DNA from: Pecten maximus
Taxonomy: Eukaryota
Direction: 5' to 3'
Assembly (NCBI RefSeq): GCF_902652985.1
Contig: NC_047024.1
Span: 23,312,001 to 23,376,000 of the forward strand
DNA length: 64,000 bases
The notes below the pieces were generated by a model. It was not told the DNA's origin. It saw nothing but the letters and a program-made list of their open reading frames with translations, and made no database searches. Below are positions 24,501-35,930 of the stretch, in pieces. The translations under genes and the position numbers were made by a program. Position 1 is the first letter of the stretch, and the number at the start of each line of letters is the position of its first letter.

Positions 24501-26056
24501 TAGATAATATAGAGACAAAATTATTTACTGAGAACTATACAAAAAGAGGACATGGATTGGCAAATTCTCTGATCTACATTGTCCATTTTCTAAAATTTAT
24601 CTACAGTGTTTGATTCATATATGATATGGTATGTGTGGGATGAATGAATGAATGAATTAATGAATGAATCAATGAATCAATGAATCAATGAATTAATGAA
24701 TGCTTAAAAGAGAAGGAATAAAGAATTGAAAGTGAAAGTGCAAAATGAGAAAGAGACCTCTTGTTCAAGGTGACATTTTGGTAAAGAGATGATCCCGATG
24801 CTCTCAACCCTGACATTTCTCTAATGATGCTATAGGGAAAATGTAATTACCGTAAAAACCCGTGTAATTTGCGCACCAGTGTAATTTGCGCAGGTACTTT
24901 AACTTAAAAAAAATCGTTAAATTCTACAATGAGGCATATTCTTGTTATAAAATCGTAATTGTGACTGGATGTGAGAGACTTTCATTAATTAAATTTTGCT
25001 GTGTTAAATTTATCTGTAATGAACAAGCTATTCTAGTTTGTTTTTTTTCTTAGTTATTCAAGGGAGATAATTATATGGATGTAAGAGACTTTCATTAATT
25101 AAATTTTTTGCTGTGTTAAATTTATCTATAATGCACAAGTTCTAGTTTAGAAAAAAAAAAGAGTTATTCAAGGGAGATAATAATGTTTGTTTACAGGATG
25201 TGCCAGACACTTAAGACTGTGACACTCCTTCGGAGTCCAAGCGGCTCCCTAGGGTTCTCTGTGGTTGGAGGGGTTGACAGTGAGAAGGGGATTCCCCCCT
25301 ACCCTGTGTATGTAAAATCTGTTGTGTTGGACACGCCTGCTGCCAAGGATGGACGCCTTAAGTAAGTACCGATGTAATACCGATAAATTGAGAGAAAATC
25401 AAAATTTTAAAAAGGTGCTTTTCTATAACATATAAATTATTTATGAACATGTCATAGACTGGCCAGTGGTAAAGGTCTCGCGTGTCAAATGTACATAAAA
25501 CAGTTCAAATAATGTATTCAAGCTCATCCAATACCTGAAATCATGATTGCTAGTATGATATTGGATAATAAACTGGGGATTAATTAGTGTTAATCGTTAA
25601 TTGGTGATTAATTAATGAGGATTAACTTCCTTGTCAATTATGAATCAGTATTTGCTCCCCAGGGAGTTGAGAAAGACATTGGCTAGTTGCTAAAGGCCCA
25701 ATAACCACAAATAATAATTTGTGAACCCATTTGAGACAGCTATGATGCTGTGATTTGCTCCAAACTATTATGATATTATTATGCAAGACACTGTGTTGTT
25801 AGGGCTGGATTTAGAAATAGAAGGGACATAACTCCTACAACTTTAGCATCTCTTTACATAAACAAAAGAGTTGCCTCCCTTTTGACAGTATTTTTCACTA
25901 CAGCAATTTTTGTTTTTCAGGTGTGGAGATATTTTACTTAGTGTAAATGAAGAGAGTTTACAGGGAGTGACACATACAAAAGCCGTTGATTTACTCAAGA
26001 TGGCCGACGGTGCTGTAGCATTAACAGTTGTGTCTTGGCCCGGCACCATTGTATGA
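414..26056 (+). CDS. LNX2: LNX1/2-like multi-PDZ E3 ubiquitin ligase (Ligand of Numb protein X), 5'-partial; 12 exons: 414-529, 6851-6951, 9885-9968, 13627-13756, 18326-18392, 18694-18724, 19346-19462, 19995-20165, 20920-21042, 22331-22518, 25197-25361, 25921-26056
   Basis: Manual splicing gives one open frame of about 475 aa with matching phases at every GT-AG intron. It reads as a CCHC zinc finger, four PDZ domains ([32 protein letters not shown] loops), the LNX-type [12 protein letters not shown] linker between PDZ3 and PDZ4, and a C-terminal SWPGTIV* (vertebrate LNX1/2 end in a similar WPG-x-x-hydrophobic tail). Probably co-orthologous to LNX1 and LNX2. Confidence 0.92.
637..1122. repeat. 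Degenerate ~60-bp minisatellite (tagtgaaaccacaaaaatattgaaccaccaaaaac...), about 8 copies
   Basis: Recurrent unit visible directly in the sequence. Confidence 0.85.
2816..4011. mobile_element. Non-autonomous DNA transposon, 1196 bp, 11-bp TIR CATACATGCCA, 6-bp TSD AGGATG (hAT-like)
   Basis: catacatgcca at 2816-2826 and tggcatgtatg at 4001-4011. aggatg at 2810-2815 and 4012-4017. Subterminal aagggagatt motifs near both ends. Confidence 0.85.
5822..6085. repeat. 33-bp minisatellite (aaattcacagaagaatattttgaataaccacta), about 8 copies, with degenerate copies back to ~5730
   Basis: Direct inspection. Explains the 11-aa repeat in ORF 5792..6115. Confidence 0.92.
6851..6951 (+). CDS. LNX2: LNX exon: start of PDZ1 ([34 protein letters not shown])
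   Basis: cttctcacag acceptor and ctg|gtacgt donor. PDZ carboxylate loop and the GG.DTPL motif typical of LNX PDZ1. Confidence 0.93.
9327..9617 (+). mobile_element. HINE-like (non-autonomous Helentron) element
   Basis: Starts ttttaggtcacc with a nearby inverted tgaccta, has a cgtt-rich tract, ends caggtgacc...cctcttgtt, and sits in a T run. A related degenerate copy (about 2790-4265) hosts the 1196-bp element. Confidence 0.55.
9885..9968 (+). CDS. LNX2: LNX exon: PDZ1 core ([28 protein letters not shown])
   Basis: gttttag acceptor and gag|gtaaga donor. PDZ D.RL.PGD.IL motif. Confidence 0.94.
10110..12492. repeat. 48/44-bp minisatellite (gtacatatggacctcagtaaccaatagtca[gtca]gtaggggtcagtta), about 50 copies
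   Basis: Highly homogeneous array with two length variants differing by one GTCA. Confidence 0.97.
13627..13756 (+). CDS. LNX2: LNX exon: end of PDZ1 ([43 protein letters not shown])
   Basis: tttcaacag acceptor and gaag|gtaggt donor. VNG..L...H..A helix followed by the final beta strand. Confidence 0.92.
14431..16335 (+). mobile_element. Internally deleted hAT-superfamily DNA transposon, 1905 bp, 5-bp TSD (hAT5-like)
   Basis: TIRs cagtgatcacca and tggtgatccctg (11/12 match). TSD tatag at 14426-14430 and 16336-16340, confirmed by the uninterrupted neighbouring repeat units. Encodes a TTF-type zinc finger. Confidence 0.88.
14867..15746 (+). pseudogene. Truncated transposase N-terminus; exons 14867-15050 and 15592-15746; 112 aa with a TTF-type zinc finger
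   Basis: gaag|gtaagc donor and aaatag| acceptor are in phase. Spliced peptide ...[61 protein letters not shown]... fits the F..W...Y.W...FC..C...H..S..H pattern of hAT/ZNF862-type proteins. Confidence 0.8.
17676..18096 (+). mobile_element. 421-bp tRNA-related (Pol III) element with 42-bp terminal direct repeats, embedded in (TA)n
   Basis: aaagttgtcttccttcgtcatttgtgttgctaagttacatat at 17676-17717 and 18055-18096. A-box TGGCGCAGCGG at 17965 and B-box-like GTTCGAGGCC at 18026. Confidence 0.65.
18134..18173 (-). ncRNA. Minimal type-I hammerhead ribozyme-like motif (Penelope-like), degenerate
   Basis: Minus strand reads GCUGC-CUGAAGA-accugagagggca-GAAA-ggcg-UA-GCGGC, with stem I GCUGC/GCGGC. Confidence 0.55.
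18186..18224 (+). ncRNA. Minimal type-I hammerhead ribozyme-like motif (Penelope-like), degenerate
   Basis: CCAC-CUGAUGA-a-GCC-ugagag-GGC-a-GAAA-ggcc-GA-GUGG, with stem I CCAC/GUGG. The U of the NUH triplet is replaced by G. Confidence 0.55.
18326..18392 (+). CDS. LNX2: LNX exon: start of PDZ2 ([23 protein letters not shown])
   Basis: tacttacag acceptor and aag|gtgagt donor. QLGIKLV motif of LNX PDZ2. Confidence 0.92.
18694..18724 (+). CDS. LNX2: LNX 31-nt micro-exon in PDZ2 ([10 protein letters not shown])
   Basis: ttattctttcag acceptor and ttg|gtaagt donor. Needed to bridge phase 2 to phase 0, and supplies the PDZ betaC strand (PGVYI). Confidence 0.88.
19346..19462 (+). CDS. LNX2: LNX exon: PDZ2 core ([39 protein letters not shown])
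   Basis: AAG acceptor and cag|gtaagc donor. DRVL.ING.D..YGT.E.AA.IIQ motif. Confidence 0.92.
19995..20165 (+). CDS. LNX2: LNX exon: end of PDZ2, linker and start of PDZ3 ([13 protein letters not shown]...HERLVTVTK)
   Basis: gttccag acceptor and aag|gtaata donor. In frame, 171 nt. Confidence 0.9.
20778..20845. repeat. (GACA/GACG)n microsatellite
   Basis: Direct inspection. Confidence 0.85.
20920..21042 (+). CDS. LNX2: LNX exon: PDZ3 ([41 protein letters not shown])
   Basis: ttgtag acceptor and aag|gtatgg donor. LG.SVAGG...GD.PIYV motif. Confidence 0.93.
21895..22188 (+). repeat. 49-bp satellite block (about 6 units) flanked by a 77-bp direct repeat
   Basis: Unit cagtgatgttagggacatcatacagcagttctgtccttctaggactcgt. 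Flank copies at 21813-21889 and 22189-22266. Confidence 0.9.
22331..22518 (+). CDS. LNX2: LNX exon: end of PDZ3 and linker ([22 protein letters not shown]...[13 protein letters not shown])
   Basis: tttcctacag acceptor and gag|gtaaga donor. GDILL.ING motif. Confidence 0.94.
22675..24229 (+). repeat. 49-bp satellite array (about 31 units)
   Basis: Unit cagtgatgttagggacatcatacaactgtttcatccttctaggccttgt. Confidence 0.96.
24966..25181. repeat. 110-bp tandem duplication just upstream of an LNX acceptor
   Basis: Copies at 24966-25071 and 25076-25181. Confidence 0.9.
25197..25361 (+). CDS. LNX2: LNX exon: first half of PDZ4 ([25 protein letters not shown]...PAAKDGRLK)
   Basis: tttgtttacag acceptor and aa|gtaagt donor. 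GSLGFS.VGG and TPA..DGRLK motifs. Confidence 0.94.
25921..26056 (+). CDS. LNX2: LNX last coding exon ([44 protein letters not shown])
   Basis: tgtttttcag acceptor. TGA at 26054-26056. Confidence 0.94.
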
Positions 26057-27754
26057 TGGGTAATTCGGGTTTAAATTTGTGATGGCCAGTACTTTTCTAC
26101 GTTTCTACGTACTGGTCAAATTTTTTTACAATTGACGAAAAGACAATTTCATTAAGCATTAAAGGTTCATTCATTTTATGAAATTGGGATGATCTTTTTG
26201 ACCAGATATAAGGAACGTTCCAAACGAATTTGCATTCTGGAGAAGTCACAAAACCATTTTCTGTTTTCGAAGCACGGATCATTGGACACTGTGTATTGGA
26301 CTATTGCTAATCCTTGTCACTGTAGGCCAATTCCTCTGGTCACTACAAGAATCCTGAAGTGTTTGACCAGTTTCAAAGCCTCCTCTCTGGAAGTGATAAT
26401 CAATTCATGAATGACTGTATTTTTCTACTCTGTTTAGTAGCTATATATTTGCACTGCGTCTTTCTCTTTATGCATCTCACTATCACAGTTGATGTAGGGA
26501 TATCACTGCACTTCTCTCAATGTTTTTGTAAGAACAATATATAGCAATATTAACAAGCAATTTAAAAATGTAAAATGATATCTAGTTTATAATTGACAAT
26601 TACTGTATTTATCCTGTAATAAGCACAAATGACCAACCCAAATGTTCTCAATTTCAGCAATAGATAATAGGTAGAGCCTATGTTAGTTTCTTCTCAACAA
26701 AAATTTTGACTTTAAGTTTAGGTTTGGCTTTTTGCGGGACATTCTGTTAGAATTTTTACTAAATTGTAATAGGCATGGGTGGGCTTATTACAAGACATGG
26801 GCTTATTTCTGGATTAACTGGTAAGAAATATTGAGTTTCAGACAGTATTTTGTGTACCAAGTATTCAATACAACAGTATTCAGATCAACTTTCATATTGA
26901 AAGAAGAATGAGATGCTCATTACTATAATTCTCCCAATGTACACCAACCTTTTTTATGGAAAAAAAATCTCTGATACGCCCCTTCGTCACCTGAATTTTT
27001 ATTCAGAGGTTATGTGATAAAGATGTGTGTGAATACTGGGAGAATTACGGTAGCAAAACAATAAATTTCTGTTAAAAATAATTGTCCAGATATTCCTTTA
27101 GGTTTAAGGTCAAAATTACCTTAAAAGTTTTTTCTATGAATTGTCTATGACATTTGTGTAATTAATTTGGTACAGACTTCTCAAATAGAATTGTTCATAT
27201 TTGGTAAATTACTACTCAAATTTAAATGGTTGTCACTGTAAATTTTGAGAAAATTTTTGCAAACTTTTTCTATGTCCAAAGAAAATTCTCGACCCAAATT
27301 TCTTCCCCTGTTGAACAGATCCATAATAATGATTTCAAAAATTCTCAAAAACAGTCACTTTAATTTTTATTATGAAGAACTGCAGCAAAATTTCTGGTGG
27401 AACCAAGATTTCTCTCAGTTAAGGTGAGGCAATTCTTTTGTCTATGTGAAATTTCTGTGCGAAAGAACCATAAACAATTCTTAAGCATATTAACAATTCA
27501 GTTTGATAATTCTGTACTTCAGAATATATAATAGTAATTGTTGAAATAGAATGGGAACAGATTTGACTGATGTATGATAAACTTAATTTGGTGTTTTTGA
27601 GACATAAGAGTACCTGTTCTGAATCCATTCTATGCATTATACAAATAGTATATTCCTATATTTTACTCACTTATATGTAAAATAAAAACTATTTTGATAT
27701 ACTAATGTATGATGGCATATTTCTTATAAGTTATAAACAATTAACTCAATTTAT

Positions 27755-28280
27755 GCATGATTACGCAGACAACTATGCTTCCTATTTTCAACAATTTTCA
27801 TAATTACGCAGACAACTGCACTCCCTATTTTCAACAATTTTCATAATTACGCAGACAACTATGCTTCCTATTTTCAACAATTTTCATAATTACGCAGACA
27901 AACACACTTTCTTTTTTCAACAATTTTCATAATTATGCAGACAACTGTTCTTCATTTTTTCAACAATTTTCAAAATTATGCACAAAATTTTAATTCCAGT
28001 TTTTCAGATTTTCATGATTACAGTTGATTGAACTTCTTCCATTTATATACAATATTTATCATAAAGCAGATGCTTGTAATACTTTTTATGAAATATTCAT
28101 GATGACATAGACAAATATTCCTGTTTATACAAATAGAATGATTACGCAAACAACTGTTTCTGTTCATACGATTTTCATGATTATGGAGAAAACTACCCTC
28201 CCTATTTTATACGATATTCATGATTACGCAGATGATTGTGCTTTCCATTTTATACGACTTTCATGATTACGCAAATGAAT
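27755..28280. repeat. 43-bp minisatellite (cataattacgcagacaactatgcttcctattttcaacaatttt), about 5 good copies then degenerate
   Basis: cctattttc recurs at 27781, 27824 and 27867. Confidence 0.85.
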
Positions 28281-29918
28281 ACTGGGTATAATAATTCTGA
28301 TACTCGTGTGATAGTGTGATGTGGAGAAAAACATTTCTATGTGTTTAAACAAAAGATGGCCTACATAAAGTTTATTCGTAATTATTATGTCTTGTATAAA
28401 AAATATTTAATCAGAAATTGTTCATTTTTATTTAATGGTTCATAAAAATATATGTACATAATGTAAAATCTCACCATGAGGCTGTAAGGTGTGTATTTTA
28501 CAGAAGGATCGAGGTAGCAAAACCATGCTATAACGCCACCTCGATCGTTTCATCCACCACTTCATTTCATTGACAATTCCTTTATGTATCTAGGTCTTGA
28601 TTTTGCCAAACCTTTTTATAATGCCAAAACTTGGTTTGGCAAATTGCAGGCAGTATAACGAGGTGATTTCCTTTAAAATGGTATAAACTCATTAAGCTGA
28701 TTTTGTTTATTAGCATGCACATGAGAGCCATTAATTATGAAATAAGCACATACATATATATGATAAAATATTTTGTACCAATACACACTGTATGATAATG
28801 CTCTGCACAGCTTTATTTTTTTACTTTTCAAGATACATTTCATGTTTTGCATTTTTTTTTCATATGTTTTGAGCCTTTTATTATTGGTTGTTTTGTGAAG
28901 GTTTTTTTCCTTTTTTTTTCGGTACCTATACACACAGTATAAGTTATGATAATACCGCTAATATAAGAACCTGATGACTGCCCCAGTTATGGGTTTGTTA
29001 ATATGTACATTAAAATGTAATTAGGAATTTTTTTATGGTCAGATTGTGTGTAAGTTAGGATATTTACAGCTATGACTTATTCATGAAAAACAAATTGAAA
29101 AAGGGCAACATTTTTGTCAGATTTGAAGGTGTTATATATTACACATCATTTTTAATGACATACCGCATTATGCATTGTTTACTAATGCAACATGATTCGT
29201 GATATATTATACCGTTTTTTACTTAACTAGCATTCCCAAGTGTTTTTGTTGATAGAAGAAATTAAAATAATTGCAAACATTTTCAAATGTTTACAAAAAA
29301 TATATTAGAACCAAGAATCCAATTTTTTTAATCAGAAATTACCAATTACCGTAAACCTCCGGTAAGTTCGAATTGGCAAATAGTCCGAACACATATTTAA
29401 AAAAAAACATCTGGTTGTGTTACGTTGAGCTGATTGTTTATAATGGCCCCTTTTTGGGATAGTCTCGAACTGACCAAAGGTTTTCCGTAATTACCTTAGA
29501 AAATTTTAAAAAAGTGGTAATTGCAGACAAAAGAATGGGATGATTGTGTACATAAGAAAAGGATAAGGGGATATTGATTAGGAATGGAGTGCTTATTGTG
29601 TAAAATACGGTAATTAAGTTTTGTTTATAAGTAAGCTGAGTGGATATGAATGTTGAGTATATGTGGTATAGGGCAGAGGTGCTATTTACCTTAAATATGG
29701 TAAATCTGAAGTCAGTCAGTCACTGAACATTTCAGGGAACTTTCCCTACCATAATTATTCTACAAAGTTACTTGCAGGTGAATCTAGTCATTGGTTGATT
29801 GTGTTATAGGTTGAAATTAATGTAGTATGACTTTTGTAAAATATGAGATATTTTAGATTTTGCCATCATTCCTTAAGAGTAAATGGGAAAAGTTTACATT
29901 CCAAGTTTGTATTCAATA

Positions 29919-30082
29919 CCGTATTTATCCTGAAATAAACCCATTCCGCTTGTGTGACAAAAGAGTGCAAATTTTGGGGGGGGGGGGGGATGGTTGATTT
30001 TCCAGCACTTCTATCAGTCTCCGATTTCAAATACTAAAGGAGGCTTATTTGTGAGCAGGGGCATATTTGTGGATAAATACGG
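29919..30082. mobile_element. Tc1/mariner-pogo-type MITE remnant (TIR CCGTATTTATCC)
   Basis: ccgtatttatcc at 29919-29930 and ggataaatacgg at 30071-30082, with TA on the left. Related decayed copies near 2538, 26602-26823 and 26921-27052. Confidence 0.6.
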
Positions 30083-30669
30083 TGTACTATGTCATACCTG
30101 TATGAGAGAGAAGTTCCTGTGAGAGTATTCTGATGTGAGATATGAAGGTTTGACACTATATATACAGTTAACACAATTCAGGTCAGGAATTCTCTATGCT
30201 TCGAGGACAAATGTTATTGTAGAGTTAATGAAAACCAATTTTATGACAATTATCTAGCTAATTTATCAAAAGTCTTGGAACAAAAATATCAATGAATTAT
30301 GGATGATTAACAATAAAACATGTTTTATTGTTCAATAAATACCACTCCCTATGACGGGTAGGCCCTGTTTTTGATACAGAGCATGTACGCATATTGATGA
30401 GATTGGACAGACGGACAGACAAAAGCACGGCACCAGAATTGTTGATATTGCACAGGGGAATGTATTTTCTATTCAAAACTTATTAGAAAACCAGATTTTA
30501 ATTTTGTACGATAATCTAGTAGATTTTTATTTCCTCAGAGAAATTTTAATTTAGTGCCTCAGGTTACCTGTTTCGACCAATGACTTGCTAATGAAATTGA
30601 TACCCAAATACTAGTCAGAATATGTGTACATGTCAGTTTTCTGGGCTGCAGGATTAGCGGTGTTACCAC

Positions 30670-31090
30670 AGGTAACACTATGGGGTTCCTACATTTCATA
30701 CCATGGGGTTCCCACATGTGACACTATGGGGTTCCCACATGTAACACTATGGGGTTCCTACATTTCATACTATGGGGTTCCCACATGTGACACTATGGGG
30801 TTCCCACATGTAACACTATTAGGTTCCCACCTTTAATGCTATGGGGTTTCAAAATGTAATACTATGTGGTTCCCACATGTAACACCATTGGGTTCCCACA
30901 TATAACACTATGGGTTTCCCATGTGTTACACTATGGGGTCCATATGTAACACTATGGGGTCCATATGTAACACTATGGGGTTCCCACATTTAATGCTATG
31001 GGGTTCCCACGTGTTACACTATGGGGTTCCCACATGTTACACTATGGGGTTCCCACATTTAATACTATGGGGTTCCCACATGTAACACAA
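30670..31090. repeat. 23-bp minisatellite (gtaacactatggggttcccacat), about 18 copies
   Basis: Direct inspection. Confidence 0.93.
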
Positions 31091-32781
31091 GTTATAATAC
31101 TGACCTTAGTATGGCCATTATTCAGTAAACAGGTAAAACCTTGAGGCATTGTCCCCGGGATAAACACCGAAGGGATTACAGTACCTCAGTTTTAGGGTAG
31201 CTCTTCATCCATTATGGAGGAATTGTTTTGTAAAATCTACCCAAATGTCCAACCCCACTGGTCGTACAGACAGTTTTATCAAACCAAAATCAACACTTTC
31301 TGAAAATCTGGTAATTTATTAACGAAGAAACAAATCAGATTCCTGCGTAAAAAGACAATATAGTCGTAATCAGGGCCTAGCTTCCGTGTCGGGGGACGAG
31401 AGAATTGTGCATTTACATCAACACAAGCCTACTATAAAACAAAAGGTTACTGGTTAATTGATGGACCAGTTTACGGTTTCGGAAGACTTGCGTTGTTGTA
31501 ATTAAGCCTCTATCAATCATTCAACAAGCACTGACGTTACAAAACAACGACTACGTGCCTGCCCAGGATATATGCAGCATACTGGGAGGTATATTTCAAT
31601 TTAGATAAATCAACATTTCAAATTTATATTTAGTATGATTTTAAAATGGCCACCTATCTAGTGTTGATGATTTAAAAGTACTTTAGTTCTCGATGACTGT
31701 ACCTGACAAGACCGTTTCCTAACAAGCAAAATCTTAATGCTTTTAGTTATGATTGACATTGCTATCTATAGGGGAATAAAATTCCACCATTTTGTTTGTT
31801 TTTAGAAATTATTTATTCAACAGGTGACCTTTATATACAGGTTCCGTTTTCAACATGTTTCCTCAATATGCAGGTTCTGTATTGAAAAGGTTTATTGATT
31901 CTAAATTCAACAGGTAATTTCTAGTAATTCTATTCTGAAGAGACAAGCTATGATATTTACAGACGGATCTCCTATTGAACAATTCGTTTCAGCTAATTTT
32001 GATATGGTTTTCGTAGAAAGGATATGTACAACCTAGGTCGTTCGTTGTACACTGGTTGAGTTGTCATTATAAGCAGGTGTCGTATTACTGTGTCTTTTAT
32101 ACAAAAGTTCAGTATAGAGAGAGATGGCAGACATGTATTTTGTACACCTGAGAAGGTTCACTCCCAACTTTTGTTATGGTATTATAGATTAACAAATATT
32201 GTTTTTAAAGTGTACCTTTATCTACAGGGTATTGACTTTAAAAAGATATTTCTTTCCTCTGCTAATGGATATGGAAATTCGTGAGGAGGATGACGCCAGT
32301 TGATAAGTTTTAAACCTAATATAGATCGAAGTGATTTCAATGCATTAATACAGAGGTTTCAGGATTAGCATGTCGTCATTGTATATGGCCGTATGGCTGT
32401 GGTACAGACAGTCGAGTCGCTCACCCATGACCCATTCCAGTACATACGCCTGTAATTCGCCATATATCTGATGTGGTATAGGGTACCACCGACATTCCCA
32501 ACCATCATCAGTCTTACAATCTTTGTTATGCGACATTTTCATATGTACATCAAAGAGTTTTTCGATTCACAACTGCAAATTTATTCATTTGTAATGATTC
32601 GCTTAAAAGACAGAACTGTAGATTGTTACAGCATTATTGAAGGATCATATTTACTGATAACATTTTTAAGAAACAAATATAAGTCAAGCCTAGGTTGTCA
32701 CAGAATTTCCCTGGAAGCGTTTTCTTGTTGACACAAAACTTATCCAATATGGAGACTATTACTCCGTGACAATATCATTAG

Positions 32782-32928
32782 TCAGACTGTATAACTACGA
32801 CAGGGCGTGTATAACTACGACAGGGCGTGTATAACTACGACAGGACGTCAGACTGTATAACTACGACAGGACGTCAGACTGTATAACTACGACAGGACGT
32901 CAGACTGTATAACTATGTCAGGACGTCA
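32782..32928. repeat. 20/26-bp short tandem repeat (tgtataactacgacagg core), about 6 copies
   Basis: Direct inspection. Confidence 0.9.
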
Positions 32929-32945
32929 CCAACCACAACACGACT

Positions 32946-32978
<33 letters not shown>

Positions 32979-32980
32979 AA

Positions 32981-34810
32981 CTATAGAGGTCTTGTGTACA
33001 CTATAGGGGTCTAATGTACACTATAGGGGTCTAATGTACACTATATGGGTCTAATGTACACTACATGGGTCTAATGTACACTATATGGGTCTAATGTACA
33101 CTATAGAGGTCTAATGTACACTATATGGTCTAATGTACACTATAGGGGTCTAATGTACACTATATGGGTCTAATGTACACTACATGGGTCTAATGTACAC
33201 TATATGGGTCTAATGTACACTATAGAGGTCTAATGTACACTATAGGGGTCTAATGTACACTATAGGGGTCTAATGTACACTATAGGGGTCTAATGTACAC
33301 TACATGGGTCTAATGTACACTATATGGGTGTCATGTACACTATAGAGGTCTAATGTACACTATAGGGGTCTAATGTACACTATATGGTCTAATGTACACT
33401 ATATGGTCTAATGTACACTATATGGGTCTAATGTACACTATAGGGGTCTCATGTACACTATATCGGTCTCGTGTACACTATATGGTCTAATGTACACTAT
33501 ATGGATCTTATGTACACTATATGGGTCTAATGTACACTATATAGGTCTAATGTACACTATAGGGGTCTAATGTACACTACATGGGTCTAATGTACACTAT
33601 ATGGGTGTCATGTACACTATATGGGTCTAATATACACTATATGGGTCTAATGTACACTATATGGGTGTCATGTACACTATATGGGTCTAATGTACATTTA
33701 TGGGTCTGATGTACACTATATGGGTCTAATGTACACTATATGGGTGTCATGTACACTATATGGGTCTAATGTACACTATATGGGTGTCATGTACACTATA
33801 TGGGTCTAATGTACACTATATGGGTGTCATGTACACTATAGAGGTCTAATGTACACTATATGGGTCTAATGTACAATATATGGGTCTAATGTACACTATA
33901 TGGGTCTAATGTACACTATATGGGTCTAATGTACACTATATGGGTCTAATGTACACTATATGGGTGTCATGTACACTATATGGGTCTAATGTACACTATA
34001 TGGGTGTCATGTACACTATATGGGTCTAATGTACACTATATGGGTGTCATGTACACTATATGGGTCTAATGTACACTATATGGGTCTCATGTACACTATA
34101 GGGGTCTAATGTACACTATATGGGTCTAATGTACACTACATGGGTCTAATGTACACTATATGGGTGTCATGTACACTATATGGGTCTAATATACACTATA
34201 GGGGTCTAATGTACACTATATGGGTATAATGTACACTACATGGGTCTAATGTACACTATATGGGTGTCATGTACACTATATGGGTCTAATATACACTATA
34301 TGGGTCTAATGTACACTATATGGGTGTCATGTACACTATATGGGTCTAATGTACATTTATGGGTCTGATGTACACTATATGGGTCTAATGTACACTATAT
34401 GGGTGTCATGTACACTATATGGGTCTAATGTACACTATATGGGTGTCATGTACACTATATGGGTCTAATGTACACTATATGGGTGTCATGTACACTATAT
34501 GGGTGTCATGTACACTATAGGGGTCTAATGTACACTATAGGGGTCTAATGTACAATATATGGGTCTAATATACACTTAATGGGTCCACTGTACACTATAT
34601 GGCTCCCATGAACACAATATGGGCCCTGTGAACACTGTATGGACCATGTACACTGTATGGTTCCCATGTATATTATATGAGTCCAATGTATACTATATGG
34701 TTTCAATGTACACTCTTTGGTCCCTGTAGACACTAAATGGTCCCCATATACACTACATGGACCCTGTAAACAATATATGGGTCCAGTTGGCACACTGTGG
34801 TGCCCTCTGC
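32981..34810. repeat. 20-bp satellite (tgtacactatatgggtctaa), about 80 good copies, degenerate after ~34570; preceded by G31 at 32947-32977
   Basis: Direct inspection. Confidence 0.97.
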
Positions 34811-35296
34811 ACTCAGGTGAGAAGTACAATTGCTTGATTTTAGAAAGATCATTATTTATCTCAGAAACATTTTTCTGTTTATTGCATAATTTGTACACTA
34901 TTTTTTTTTTATTTTTTTTTTATTTTTTTTTTGTTAAGATTGTGTTAAGTTGTTGTTTGCTAAGATCAAAATATTCTATGTTTTACAACATTTTTGAAGC
35001 ATAATGCATTGCTGTAACTATCTAATATCTCTGAACCTTTCAAATGAATATCCTGTGTGTTTTCGGGGTCTAGGTCAAAGGTCAAACTACAATGAGCTGG
35101 ACTCATTTTGTCAGATTTTGTTTTCAAGTATGTTATGTTTTGCAGTCCTCTATATATTTGTACTGTATTCTGTGTATGATAAATTGGGTGCATGATTATA
35201 AATTTGTATGAAAAAGAAATTTTAAAACTGAATAAAAAAAAATGATTACCAGAAAGAGAAATGTGTTTAGTTTTTTTTATTACCCTTCCATGGTGC

Positions 35297-35499
35297 TTTG
35301 GTTTGGTTTGGTTTGGTTTGTTTTTGTTTAACGTCCTATTAACAGCCAGGGTCATTTAAGGACGTGCCAAGTTTTGGAGGTGGAGGAAAGCCAGGAGTAC
35401 CCTGGAGAAAAACCACCGGCCTACAGTCAGTACCAGGCAACTGCCCCACGTAGGTTTCGAACCCAGAGGTGGAGGGCTAGTGTTAAAGTGTCAGGACAC
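35297..35499 (-). mobile_element. 5'-truncated tRNA-derived SINE (same family as 47247 and 53014)
   Basis: Reverse complement of the body and (caaac)n tail of the other two copies. The A-box is missing. Confidence 0.88.
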
Positions 35500-35629
35500 A
35501 GTGTATAATGACCTGTTTCAAATTATATTTTCTATTAGGGCTGACATAGGACGTACCACACAAAAATGCAATTCTTTGAGTGTTCGTTAATTTGTAATAA
35601 TATGAAGGGTTTTTTTTGTTATTCTTTCC

Positions 35630-35930
35630 TTGTTTGTTTGCTGGGTTTATTGCGCTGTGAACATCGAGGGACATTTTTAGGCGGAGTCCCCTTGTAGTAG
35701 TTGGTGACTACCTCATGGACAACATACAGGAGGACCATCGCATGCCATCCAGAGCAATTGAGGTGAAGTGTCTTGCCCAATGACACAACCACGACAGCAC
35801 AGACCAGTCTGTTTCTCAGCTTCCTGAGATACACAAACCGACACGGGTAGAAAGCTTCGAACCAGGCACTTGGGACTTTCACCTGAGGTTACATGTCTGG
35901 TGCTCTAACCGACTGAGCTATCACGGCCCC
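35630..35930 (-). mobile_element. tRNA-derived CORE-type SINE
   Basis: Minus strand starts ggggccgtgaTAGCTCAGTCGGttagagc (A-box), then GGTTCGAAGC (B-box), a CORE-like gtgtcattgggcaagacacttcacctc and an (aaac)n tail. Confidence 0.8.

Noticed and set aside
32345-32542. GC-richer 65-aa minus-strand ORF
   Set aside because: No recognisable motif or convincing splice sites in any frame.
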